Positions 8,623 to 16,592 of a stretch of DNA of 64,000 nucleotides are shown one piece after another. Origin of the DNA: Shigella phage Ag3; the sequence record FJ373894, one strand, 5' to 3'. The position numbers and the translations under genes are program-made. The notes under the pieces were generated by a model. The model had not been told where the DNA came from and did not search any database. It saw only the letters and a program-made list of their open reading frames with translations. Each line of letters opens with the position of its first letter. Position 1 is the stretch's first letter.

Positions 8623-10337
8623 ACCTCGAACACGGCATCAGTAAACCAAGCGGGGAAGAACTCTGGGTTGCGCATCATCAGTGATTCAAAAGAAGAATCA
8701 AGGATGTATGTCGCAGCCCAGTCATTCACGCCCCTGACCGAACGCCCGCACATCTGAACGATACGCAGTACCGCCATCCTGAAGTACGCCGATGGGTCTA
8801 CACTGTTGACGTGAGCCACCAGAGGATCACCAAGGTAATCGTATGGAACCTTGATCAAGATCTGAAATCGGCTGTAATCGCCTTTGAAGTCATACCCCTC
8901 TTCCATAGCCGGACTGGCGATGACACAAGGCGTCTTCGTCCGGAACGCGTGTTCCATGATGTCCATCAGAGCCTTACGAGTACGAGGAACGTGAATCATA
9001 TTCCGGTACTTACTGAACTTCTGTAGAGCCAGGGCGCGGTCATAACTTACTGTGTGAATGATACCAGACTGCCCAGGGTGGAATGCGATGATTTCATCCA
9101 CGTATTCGGCCAGCTTCTTCATCTCATAGTCACCCATGTTCGCCGTCATCTTCATGATGGGCATGTAGTTGACTTTCCGGTTCTCAATCGGGATAGGGTT
9201 GCCGATCTGAATCTTGTGGTACTCGCCCTCACGGATACCCAGTGACCGAGCGTACGAGTCAATCCCACAAATGGTCGCCGACATGTGAACGTGGTAGTCA
9301 CCCTTGCGGAACAGGCCGAACTGGGATACATCAGATGCGATGACAGGCTTGAACTGAATCATACCCTTGTCCTTCTCCTGCACGATGAAGGTGCTGGCGT
9401 TGGTCTGCCCCATGATCCCACAGTAGTCGCTGAGGTTGTGAAGGGTGTCAATGATGTCCGACAACTTCATCACCTGGGCTTCAGTCAGGCGCTCGTCCTC
9501 TACCAGTTCCTCAAGAGTTTCCAGCAGGGCTTCAACCTTGTCATGCAGGTCGTCAAATATCGAATGCATCTCGCCTGTTAGTGAGTACAGCTTGCCCAGC
9601 TCATAGTTCTCTGTGCGCCTGATGATATCCGTGATGGTCTCCACGATAGGCACTCCCTCGGGGATCGTAAGCAACCCCCTTACAGCATTTATACTGTATT
9701 CCATGATCGTGTGCTCTAGGAGCGTAGAGGGCATCTTATGGCACTCGTCAAGGATCAGCATATCGGCGCGGTTTTCCGGCTTCATACAGATCGTCGTGCA
9801 CATCTCCACCATCATGGCGGCGTTGGTGCAGCGCAGAGAAGAGATGTCCGTCCACTGACGACGCGCCTGAACATATGGACAACGATTCTTGTTACAGTGG
9901 CCATCTCGGCATGCCATACGGCACTGGATGGCGTTGTAATACAGGTCAGGGCTGATATGGCAACGATAGTTCTTCTTGCCCTTCAGGATGTCTATCGCCA
10001 CGGCTTTCTCCGCCGCATACTGATCCTGCAGACCTTTGGTCGGTGTTGTGATAGACGTGCGGAACTGGCCATATGGGTTGCGCTCAAGAACCAGATGGCG
10101 AAGCACATTATGAATGGTAGTGCCGATGAGGGATTTGCCCACACCAGTCGGAGCCTCGATGATCACGTGTTTGAATTTCTTATTCACAAGGGCATCAACG
10201 GCTTCAACGATGCATTCCATCTGTCCTGGGTTGGCGGTGTCGTATGGGAAGAACTCAGTGGCAAGAGACTTGATGCGGTCTATGCTAACTGGTCCGACGC
10301 CATCAAGCGCCTTGGTATATTGGTTGAATGCTGTCAC
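8619..10337 (-). CDS. SF2 DNA helicase, DinG/XPD(Rad3)-like with Fe-S cysteine cluster
   Basis: Walker A APTGVGKS, four-Cys cluster between Walker A and B, DECH box (LILDECH); GTG start with AGGAGG RBS. Confidence 0.75.
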   Translation of the reverse strand: MTAFNQYTKALDGVGPVSIDRIKSLATEFFPYDTANPGQMECIVEAVDALVNKKFKHVIIEAPTGVGKSLIGTTIHNVLRHLVLERNPYGQFRTSITTPTKGLQDQYAAEKAVAIDILKGKKNYRCHISPDLYYNAIQCRMACRDGHCNKNRCPYVQARRQWTDISSLRCTNAAMMVEMCTTICMKPENRADMLILDECHKMPSTLLEHTIMEYSINAVRGLLTIPEGVPIVETITDIIRRTENYELGKLYSLTGEMHSIFDDLHDKVEALLETLEELVEDERLTEAQVMKLSDIIDTLHNLSDYCGIMGQTNASTFIVQEKDKGMIQFKPVIASDVSQFGLFRKGDYHVHMSATICGIDSYARSLGIREGEYHKIQIGNPIPIENRKVNYMPIMKMTANMGDYEMKKLAEYVDEIIAFHPGQSGIIHTVSYDRALALQKFSKYRNMIHVPRTRKALMDIMEHAFRTKTPCVIASPAMEEGYDFKGDYSRFQILIKVPYDYLGDPLVAHVNSVDPSAYFRMAVLRIVQMCGRSVRGVNDWAATYILDSSFESLMMRNPEFFPAWFTDAVFEV

Positions 10338-10382
10338 TTTCTTCCTCCTATGGGATTCGCCTTTAGTTTAACCGATTCCCAG

Positions 10383-10414
10383 GAACGAAAAAGCCGGAGT
10401 ACAATGCTCCGGCT
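10383..10414 (-). terminator. rho-independent terminator after HU gene
   Basis: Hairpin AGCCGGAG-tacaatg-CTCCGGCT followed on minus strand by TTTTTCGTT; T-rich on plus side too. Confidence 0.7.
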
Positions 10415-10465
10415 TTCTCTTTTGTCACGCCCCGCGTTGCAGAGGCCGGACCGAACCAGGTTGAA

Positions 10466-10744
10466 TTACTTGCCGTTGGCAGCGTTCTTCAGACCTTCGC
10501 CCACTTTAAATTTCACAACGTTTTTCGCTTCGATCTGAATGGTCTGGCCGTTCAGAGGGTTACGACCTTCACGAGCTTCCTGGTGCTTCACTTCGAACGC
10601 GCCGAAGCCGACCAGCTGTACAGATGCGCCTGCAGCAACTGCAGTTTTAACGCCGTCGATAAAGGATGCCACTACTTTCTCCGCTTCGCCTTTGGTGATG
10701 TTCTGGGTCGAAGCAATGTGGGCAACAAATTCAGTACGATTCAT
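10466..10744 (-). CDS. HU/IHF-family DNA-binding protein
   Basis: 92 aa; MNRTEF..., GFGAFEV, REGRNP motifs of HU; GGAGAA RBS; strong terminator downstream. Confidence 0.9.
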   Translation of the reverse strand: MNRTEFVAHIASTQNITKGEAEKVVASFIDGVKTAVAAGASVQLVGFGAFEVKHQEAREGRNPLNGQTIQIEAKNVVKFKVGEGLKNAANGK

Positions 10745-10837
10745 CTGGATTTCTCCGTTGGGTTAATGTTTACTTTCATGTTCACTACAAGAGGACTACA
10801 GTTTAACTAAGAAATTTTATTGAATAAAGCGGAATTA

Positions 10838-11086
10838 TTAGCCTTTCGCCACGTCTTCAGTCGTCATCGTGCCATAACATCCGCAGCGTTCACAAATCAC
10901 TCTGACGCAAGGCTTAAAAGTCTGAACATTAGACACAGGAACGTTCACCGCCCTTGAAGAAACCTGCATTTCGCGGACTTCAACCCGTTGTTCGACCAGG
11001 CGCTCATCGTCCAAGAAGGTGATCGTCTTGTGAGGACAACGTATTGACGATTCACCAACCCAGATTATTGCCATGTTGGGACTCAT
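10838..11086 (-). CDS. hypothetical Cys-rich small protein
   Basis: 82-codon ORF with CPH...CERCGC motif; coordinates from ORF track (could not be reconciled to the base by eye). Confidence 0.4.
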   Translation of the reverse strand: MSPNMAIIWVGESSIRCPHKTITFLDDERLVEQRVEVREMQVSSRAVNVPVSNVQTFKPCVRVICERCGCYGTMTTEDVAKG

Positions 11087-11361
11087 GATTTGACCTCCGA
11101 TTTGGAGATTAACAATTCCATCTCTGCTCTGGTGACAATCGTTTCTACATGAACATCATCTATCAGCATCTCGTTCAGAAGATCGTACCCCAGGACTTGC
11201 ACACCAAAAGACTTTTTGTTCAGTTCTGACTCTATGTCGAGAACTCGCTGAACCGTTAGACCGCCGGAAGAGAATGGGACCGGATAGAAGGTGGAACGCA
11301 CTTGGGCACACCCATTCACGCTGTATCGAACCAGCAGGACATCACACCATACGCCAGCCAT
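11083..11361 (-). CDS. hypothetical protein
   Basis: 92-codon ORF, overlaps downstream gene. Confidence 0.4.
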   Translation of the reverse strand: MAGVWCDVLLVRYSVNGCAQVRSTFYPVPFSSGGLTVQRVLDIESELNKKSFGVQVLGYDLLNEMLIDDVHVETIVTRAEMELLISKSEVKS

Positions 11362-11362
11362 G

Positions 11363-12046
11363 TTACACCTCCACCGCGTGAGACTTCAGGAGTTCATCAA
11401 TCGCTTTCTGTCCCATATAAGAGAATGGGGTGCGCTGGTAGAATGCCCACAGAACCAACTGAACGACAGCGCGGGAACGGGTTTCGGCTCGCATCACCAG
11501 GTCGCTGAAATGAGGAGACTGCGCCGTCCATTGGATCTCTTCGCCCAGGTCTTGATTACAGGTCACGGAGATGCGGAACTTGTTGCACAGATTGTCGACT
11601 TCTTTGTACGCATCGGTAGACACCCGAAGTTGGTCTGCATGCGCCCATGGTGTCGTGACGATTCTTTCACCCATCACTTTATCAGAGATAAACCAATCAA
11701 TGGATTCAACAAACTTGCCGAAATGGTCGATGCGATAAATGCAGTCTCCCCCTTCCATAGAACGCATGGCATGATAGCGAGCGTCGATTTCGTTGTTGTG
11801 CATCGCGTTGAAGTCGATGAACACGCGACGCGCCAACACAACATCTTCCGGCTCCAGAGGGATGTATTCCCCTTCGTTGCTAGACCTCCGGATGTTCGGA
11901 TAATGTAGAATGCCGCTTAAATGCCCAGTGCAATATACATAACGAGGTCCAACACCCCCGACACGAGCATGAGCGACATAGGATGGTTCTGTGAATCGCA
12001 AGTGGCCTTGATCGGCACCGACGATAATAGAATAAAGTTTTTCCAT
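11363..12046 (-). CDS. hypothetical protein
   Basis: ORF 11363..12061; start at 12046 after conserved GAGAGACTATATC motif; terminator hairpin upstream. Confidence 0.55.
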   Translation of the reverse strand: MEKLYSIIVGADQGHLRFTEPSYVAHARVGGVGPRYVYCTGHLSGILHYPNIRRSSNEGEYIPLEPEDVVLARRVFIDFNAMHNNEIDARYHAMRSMEGGDCIYRIDHFGKFVESIDWFISDKVMGERIVTTPWAHADQLRVSTDAYKEVDNLCNKFRISVTCNQDLGEEIQWTAQSPHFSDLVMRAETRSRAVVQLVLWAFYQRTPFSYMGQKAIDELLKSHAVEV

Positions 12047-12059
12047 GATATAGTCTCTC

Positions 12060-12092
12060 AAATGAAAAGGGCGACCTTATGATAAGTCGCCC
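12060..12092 (-). terminator. rho-independent terminator
   Basis: Hairpin GGGCGAC-(9 nt loop)-GTCGCCC followed by TTTTCATTT on minus strand. Confidence 0.6.
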
Positions 12093-12103
12093 GAGGTTAT
12101 TGA

Positions 12104-13012
12104 TTATTGGAAATCACCAACATACATGTTCAGCTTGTCATCCCAGTTCAGAACAACACGGATCGTTGCGGTATCTTCTGGGAAGGTCAGTTTGTCACAC
12201 ATGGCGCGATTAACATAAGTCCCACTCTGGTTCACGTTGTAGTCCTTGCCTTGCATGATACCAAAACGCTTGAAGTCCCGTGTCACCATCATGTTCAGGG
12301 TCGCCCATGGGAGTGATTCACGCAATGCTTTACACAGGATAATCTTTCCATTCGGCCTGAATGATACAAACAACTCATTAGCAACCCGGCGGCGGGTGGG
12401 CGCCTCGAGTTCGCGCAGGGAGATAAATTCAGAGGGATCGTCCAATGCACCCAGGGTGATCATGTCTTCGCGAACTTTATTGACAATTTCAGTTACTGCT
12501 GACACGACTTCAACTGCCGGATTCGTCTTAAATGGCTCAACAGTCGTGGACATCTTGGATACAGACATCCCGTTGCCGTTGCGCTTCTCTGCATATTGCT
12601 CGACGGACTTGTCGCTCACTGGAGGCAGTTTGGTGGCAGGAGTTATGACCGGGCTTGCATCTGGTTTCGCCTTTGGAGTACTCCGAGCCGCACGCAGCTT
12701 TTCCTGGGCTTCCAGAATGCGCTCTTGACGAGAAAGTGGAGCCTTTGGGGTGATCTTCGTACTGAAGTCGGAAACACCCACCCAGTCACCCTGGTCATTA
12801 CGCTTGGCGACCAGAGTCAGTTTGTGGATGATGCCCTGAAGTTTGCTCTCACGCAAGTTGTCGGCATACCAGAACTTCGCGCCCATCTCGAACTTCTCGG
12901 CGAAGATCACGCGAGCGTCTTCGTGCACCAACATAACTTTGGCTGTGTTGGGGGCAAAAGCCTTATTCTTTTCGATAATCGCCGCAGCGATTGATTTGGT
13001 CAGGAGCATCAC
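12104..13012 (-). CDS. hypothetical protein
   Basis: 302-codon ORF, GAAGGAA RBS. Confidence 0.55.
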   Translation of the reverse strand: MMLLTKSIAAAIIEKNKAFAPNTAKVMLVHEDARVIFAEKFEMGAKFWYADNLRESKLQGIIHKLTLVAKRNDQGDWVGVSDFSTKITPKAPLSRQERILEAQEKLRAARSTPKAKPDASPVITPATKLPPVSDKSVEQYAEKRNGNGMSVSKMSTTVEPFKTNPAVEVVSAVTEIVNKVREDMITLGALDDPSEFISLRELEAPTRRRVANELFVSFRPNGKIILCKALRESLPWATLNMMVTRDFKRFGIMQGKDYNVNQSGTYVNRAMCDKLTFPEDTATIRVVLNWDDKLNMYVGDFQ

Positions 13013-13060
13013 AGTGTATTCCTTCAGTTCACAATGTAGGGCTAAATTTTAACCCGAAAC

Positions 13061-13378
13061 TTATTTTTGAAATCCGACAAAGTCCTGGGCAATCCCCCGA
13101 CAATACATCAGATCTTTCTTCGTTTGTGGGCTGTTATCAGCCGCAGTCAGCATCATGGGAAGATCCAGCGCATTCTCTATCTGATCAACACTGAACAGAT
13201 CAAGGCGCTTCAGCTCTCCCTCGAAGTCAGACAGGAGGATAGATGTATCTTTGTCGTCTGGATGGAATTGCTGATACGTCTCCATCCAGGCGGCGCAGGT
13301 ATTCAGTTTAGACGGTGGTGTGGCGTTTACACACCCGGCCATCAGTAACAGCAGGAGTAGGATTTTACCTTTCATCAC
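13061..13378 (-). CDS. putative lipoprotein
   Basis: N-terminus MMKGKILLLLLLMAGC with lipobox LMAGC. Confidence 0.55.
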   Translation of the reverse strand: MMKGKILLLLLLMAGCVNATPPSKLNTCAAWMETYQQFHPDDKDTSILLSDFEGELKRLDLFSVDQIENALDLPMMLTAADNSPQTKKDLMYCRGIAQDFVGFQK

Positions 13379-14061
13379 TCGTTCTCCTTCATCATATTGT
13401 CGCAGTCAACACGAGTCTGCTGGAGTTCGCGCGACATGCGAGGATCATCAAGGTTCACGCTCAGATTCGTGGCCAAGTCTTTCAGACCGTTCTGAACACG
13501 ATCCTCAAAATAATGGTCGTTCTCAACCAGCCAGGCTCTGAGGCCAAGAGCGCGAGTACGCCATTCCTTCTTCAGGACGCGATCAGAGGTCTGCGTAGCG
13601 CTGTATTCGAATACTTTGATGCACTGATTGCCATCGTTGATGAGGTTCAGGTGACGGCGGCCTATCTGCACACCCTTCTGTAATGCCGGAGAAGGGAGAG
13701 AACGGCACTGTCTGACTGTCATTCGGCCTTGGGTGCCCATACGCCCAGTCATGATAAGATCGCCAGCCTCCATGCCGCCTCGATTAAATTCATCGTCATT
13801 GAGGTAGCCCTTGAGGTTATAGGCTCCCTGTTTGTAACGGTTGAACTCAATCCCAGCATTGACCACAGCAGTGGAGACGTTGCCCGTGTTCCAGAGTTCA
13901 GCAAAGTTCTCTATGGAACCAGACTTGTCGATGGCGACTGCCTGGGAGAACCCAGCACAGTAGGAAAGATCAGACCACAGTTTGTCACCTGTGGAGTTCA
14001 GCTTGGCGGCGGCGGGTAATGCCAGACCAGCCAGCACGACCCCGAGGATTAAACGTTTCAT
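13375..14061 (-). CDS. secreted protein (signal peptide)
   Basis: ORF 13375..14154; start moved to 14061 (MKRLILGVVLAGLALPAAA signal peptide) with AGGAG RBS. Confidence 0.55.
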   Translation of the reverse strand: MKRLILGVVLAGLALPAAAKLNSTGDKLWSDLSYCAGFSQAVAIDKSGSIENFAELWNTGNVSTAVVNAGIEFNRYKQGAYNLKGYLNDDEFNRGGMEAGDLIMTGRMGTQGRMTVRQCRSLPSPALQKGVQIGRRHLNLINDGNQCIKVFEYSATQTSDRVLKKEWRTRALGLRAWLVENDHYFEDRVQNGLKDLATNLSVNLDDPRMSRELQQTRVDCDNMMKENE

Positions 14062-14140
14062 GGTGATTCTCCTTATTTCATTGGATGAAATGATAGGTGG
14101 CTCACCATGTTGAGTAAAGGGTTTCAATAAACTATCGTAT

Positions 14141-14590
14141 TCAGAAGCGAGCATCAGACACGGTTCTGAACTTCACACCCTTGAACTGCTTGGCGACCTT
14201 GACGAACTCCATCGCTGGCATGTCCACTTTGTAGACCTTGATGCGCTGGCGGTCATCCATGTTCAGAGCGGCCACATAGCGGTGTGAGCCGTCGACCACG
14301 TAATTGTCAGAAGACACCCAAACTCGACCCATGGGCTTCTTGTTCCGGATGTTCTTCATGATCTTCCAGACCTTCATCTTGTTGATTTCGTTCTGAGTGA
14401 GACGGAGGGATTTGATTGGAACCTGGCCAGCGTCGATAGTGATGCCAAGTTCCTCCAGGTAGTCGTGGAACGCCTGCTGCTTGTCATCGTCAATCTGCGG
14501 CATAGAAGAACGAGAAAGCCCGAGGTTTCCAACAGGAATCCTCAGGCCGTTGATAATGTTCAACCAGTCTATGAAGGAAGACATGAACAT
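14141..14590 (-). CDS. ParB-like nuclease domain protein (tentative)
   Basis: DGSHRYVAA motif resembling the ParB N-terminal/sulfiredoxin-like DGxHR motif; GAGGTG RBS. Confidence 0.4.
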   Translation of the reverse strand: MFMSSFIDWLNIINGLRIPVGNLGLSRSSMPQIDDDKQQAFHDYLEELGITIDAGQVPIKSLRLTQNEINKMKVWKIMKNIRNKKPMGRVWVSSDNYVVDGSHRYVAALNMDDRQRIKVYKVDMPAMEFVKVAKQFKGVKFRTVSDARF

Positions 14591-14623
14591 GAGATTCACC
14601 TCGGGATATGGATTATCCCTTAG

Positions 14624-14815
14624 TTAGCGCATCCAGCGATCCTTTCTCTCTTTCTCCTTGCGTTCGCGACGTTTCTGGTCGGATCGGAATAACCAATAGA
14701 AGAAGTTCCCACCCAAGATGAAAACCACCGCGATTATTACCAGGACACCCTTCACAATTTCCCAAACCAATTCTTTATCCAAATTATACCTCGTCTTCTT
14801 CAGGTCCACCATCAA
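14624..14815 (-). CDS. small membrane protein
   Basis: 63 aa; single hydrophobic helix followed by a basic tail. Confidence 0.4.
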   Translation of the reverse strand: MMVDLKKTRYNLDKELVWEIVKGVLVIIAVVFILGGNFFYWLFRSDQKRRERKEKERKDRWMR

Positions 14816-15071
14816 TCAGGATACGAGCGGTGTCGAAACCTTCCCCGCCTGTGTTCAACAGCTTGGTCAGATCATCAAGGGTGTCGACAGGACCAAGATC
14901 AGCCTTGCGCAGAATGAACTCGAGAAGGCCGTAGAGCGCTGTTTTGTACCGTTCATTGTCGATATCGTTTTTGACTTTCATTAAGTCAATAATCGCGTCT
15001 GTCTCCCTGAAACCTGTTTCAACTTCACTGCGCACCATAGAGAATAGAGCGAGTTCTTCGTCCCTTTTCAT
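14784..15071 (-). CDS. hypothetical acidic protein
   Basis: 95-codon ORF in array. Confidence 0.4.
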   Translation of the reverse strand: MKRDEELALFSMVRSEVETGFRETDAIIDLMKVKNDIDNERYKTALYGLLEFILRKADLGPVDTLDDLTKLLNTGGEGFDTARILIDGGPEEDEV

Positions 15072-15442
15072 AACGTACCCCCGACAGAGATCAAGAACTC
15101 TTCTTCAATGGTCGTGACAGGGCGGCGGTTGCGGGTTTCGATCATGAAGCCCCAGCCGCCGTCGGCGACGTTGCCAAAGGTCTTGACGCCAAAGGTCTTC
15201 GTCCTGTTGGAGCAGGCATAGAAGTCCAGGATGAACGGACTGCCCTGATTGTCGATCCCACGGTTTACGCCGTCCGATACGCAGCGCTCAATCATCTTCC
15301 CGTTCTTATACAGAACGAGGTCTTGGCCATACGCCTTGAAAGCATAAACGCCGTTGGTGGACACTCCGGTAATCACAGGAGGAGCGGAAACAACAGCGAA
15401 GGAAGCGCCCAGCAGGGCAACAGCGAGGATTAACTTTTTCAT
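15068..15442 (-). CDS. secreted protein (signal peptide)
   Basis: Start at 15442 (MKKLILAVALLGASFAVVSA) after GAGACTATATC motif. Confidence 0.55.
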   Translation of the reverse strand: MKKLILAVALLGASFAVVSAPPVITGVSTNGVYAFKAYGQDLVLYKNGKMIERCVSDGVNRGIDNQGSPFILDFYACSNRTKTFGVKTFGNVADGGWGFMIETRNRRPVTTIEEEFLISVGGTL

Positions 15443-15501
15443 GATATAGTCTCTTGATTTCAAATGGGCGAGGCAATCATACCTCGCCGGAGTTTATAGA
15501 A

Positions 15502-15741
15502 TTAACTGATATGCTTCAGAAGAGCGAAGAGGATCGCGGCCTTGGCCTTTACCTTTCCCACGACGCCTGTCTCGACATCAACTTCTTCAGCAACCCACTC
15601 TTTGCCCTTCTTGCTGATGATAACGTCACGGCGCTGTGCGTAGACTTCTTTGGTCGCATACACACGGCGGAACCCCTTTGCGCGCAGCAAGCCCCAATTG
15701 CGATCAATCTCTACTGAAGTTTCGACCATTTTGTTCTTCAT
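15502..15741 (-). CDS. hypothetical basic protein
   Basis: Start at 15741 after AGGACTATATC; early promoter 15795-15822 upstream. Confidence 0.5.
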   Translation of the reverse strand: MKNKMVETSVEIDRNWGLLRAKGFRRVYATKEVYAQRRDVIISKKGKEWVAEEVDVETGVVGKVKAKAAILFALLKHIS

Positions 15742-15794
15742 GATATAGTCCTGCTTTCAAACAGGCGGGAACTATTCCCGCCCCAGAATTTGAA

Positions 15795-15822
15795 TTATAC
15801 GTGAGTTATTGAAGAAGTAAAC
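15795..15822 (-). promoter_or_regulatory. early promoter: -35 GTTTAC, 16 bp, -10 TATAAT
   Basis: Minus-strand GTTTAC-N16-TATAAT; T4-early/sigma70-like; upstream of gene starting 15741. Confidence 0.6.
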
Positions 15823-15837
15823 CGTTATTCAATATTC

Positions 15838-16122
15838 TTAACTTCTCTCCCAGATGTCTTCCAGGACATCACGCATATTTCTGAGTTCCGGAGTATCACC
15901 GAAGAAAGTTTCCATTTCCCCCTCTTCACCACCCGCCAACAACCAGAATGAGCTGTCAAGGTCTTCTGGGTCTTCTTCGTGGAAGAAACCCTGCTCAACC
16001 ATTTTGATGATAGAAGGTTCGGCGCGCTTGAAGTCCTTTTCTGTCACCACATCAGAGTAGTCGAACTGGTTGTCATAAGACATGATGGAAATGATCTTAT
16101 CAAATATTTCTTTGCTGGTCAT
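15838..16122 (-). CDS. hypothetical acidic protein
   Basis: Start at 16122 after AGGACTATATC; early promoter 16171-16199 upstream. Confidence 0.5.
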   Translation of the reverse strand: MTSKEIFDKIISIMSYDNQFDYSDVVTEKDFKRAEPSIIKMVEQGFFHEEDPEDLDSSFWLLAGGEEGEMETFFGDTPELRNMRDVLEDIWERS

Positions 16123-16170
16123 GATATAGTCCTGATTTCATCGGCCTTCACAATGAAGGCCGTCTATTGA

Positions 16171-16218
16171 ATAATAGCGGGTGTTTATCTAAAGTAAAGC
16201 CCCAACAAATGTTGGGGC
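16171..16218 (-). promoter_or_regulatory. early promoter fused to stem-loop (PeSL-like): -35 CTTTAC, 17 bp, -10 TATTAT
   Basis: Hairpin GCCCCAACAAATGTTGGGGC (16199-16218) overlaps -35; upstream of gene starting 16122 and downstream of ACP-like gene. Confidence 0.55.
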
Positions 16219-16223
16219 TTCTG

Positions 16224-16550
16224 TTATTTGCGCAGGGCAACCACGAGTTCAGCGAGTTCACCCATGGTCGGGTCGTCGCCTTTACTGCCCAGCCAGCCGT
16301 CGTCGATTTCGACCTGAAACTCTTCTTCGAGGTCCATTACGATTTCGATGGCATCCAGTTCATCACCGCCGAGGTCTTTCTTGGTGCGGAGACCAGCCAG
16401 CTTGTCCAGGGCATCGTTGATTACCACTTCGGCATCGACGATCCCTTTGATGCTACTCTTGTCCTCATCACTGACTTCCAGATTCAGATTGTCAGTGGCG
16501 TACTGAGCCAGATGACGCATGACTTCAACATATGTTGGTTTACTGCTCAT
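16224..16550 (-). CDS. acyl-carrier-protein-like protein with Glu at the phosphopantetheine-Ser position
   Basis: LGGDELDAIEIVMDLEEEF aligns to ACP LGADSLDTVELVMALEEEF, with DSL replaced by DEL; GGAGA RBS. Confidence 0.55.
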   Translation of the reverse strand: MSSKPTYVEVMRHLAQYATDNLNLEVSDEDKSSIKGIVDAEVVINDALDKLAGLRTKKDLGGDELDAIEIVMDLEEEFQVEIDDGWLGSKGDDPTMGELAELVVALRK

Positions 16551-16592
16551 GCTACTTCTCCCAAAGAAAGGCGGGTTGCCCCGCCCGTTGGA

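Noticed and set aside
11030-11045. Apparent 1-nt frame inconsistency between my codon indexing and the ORF track for ORF 10838..11086
   Set aside because: Most likely my manual counting error; track coordinates retained. If real it would indicate a frameshift, but I cannot establish that by eye
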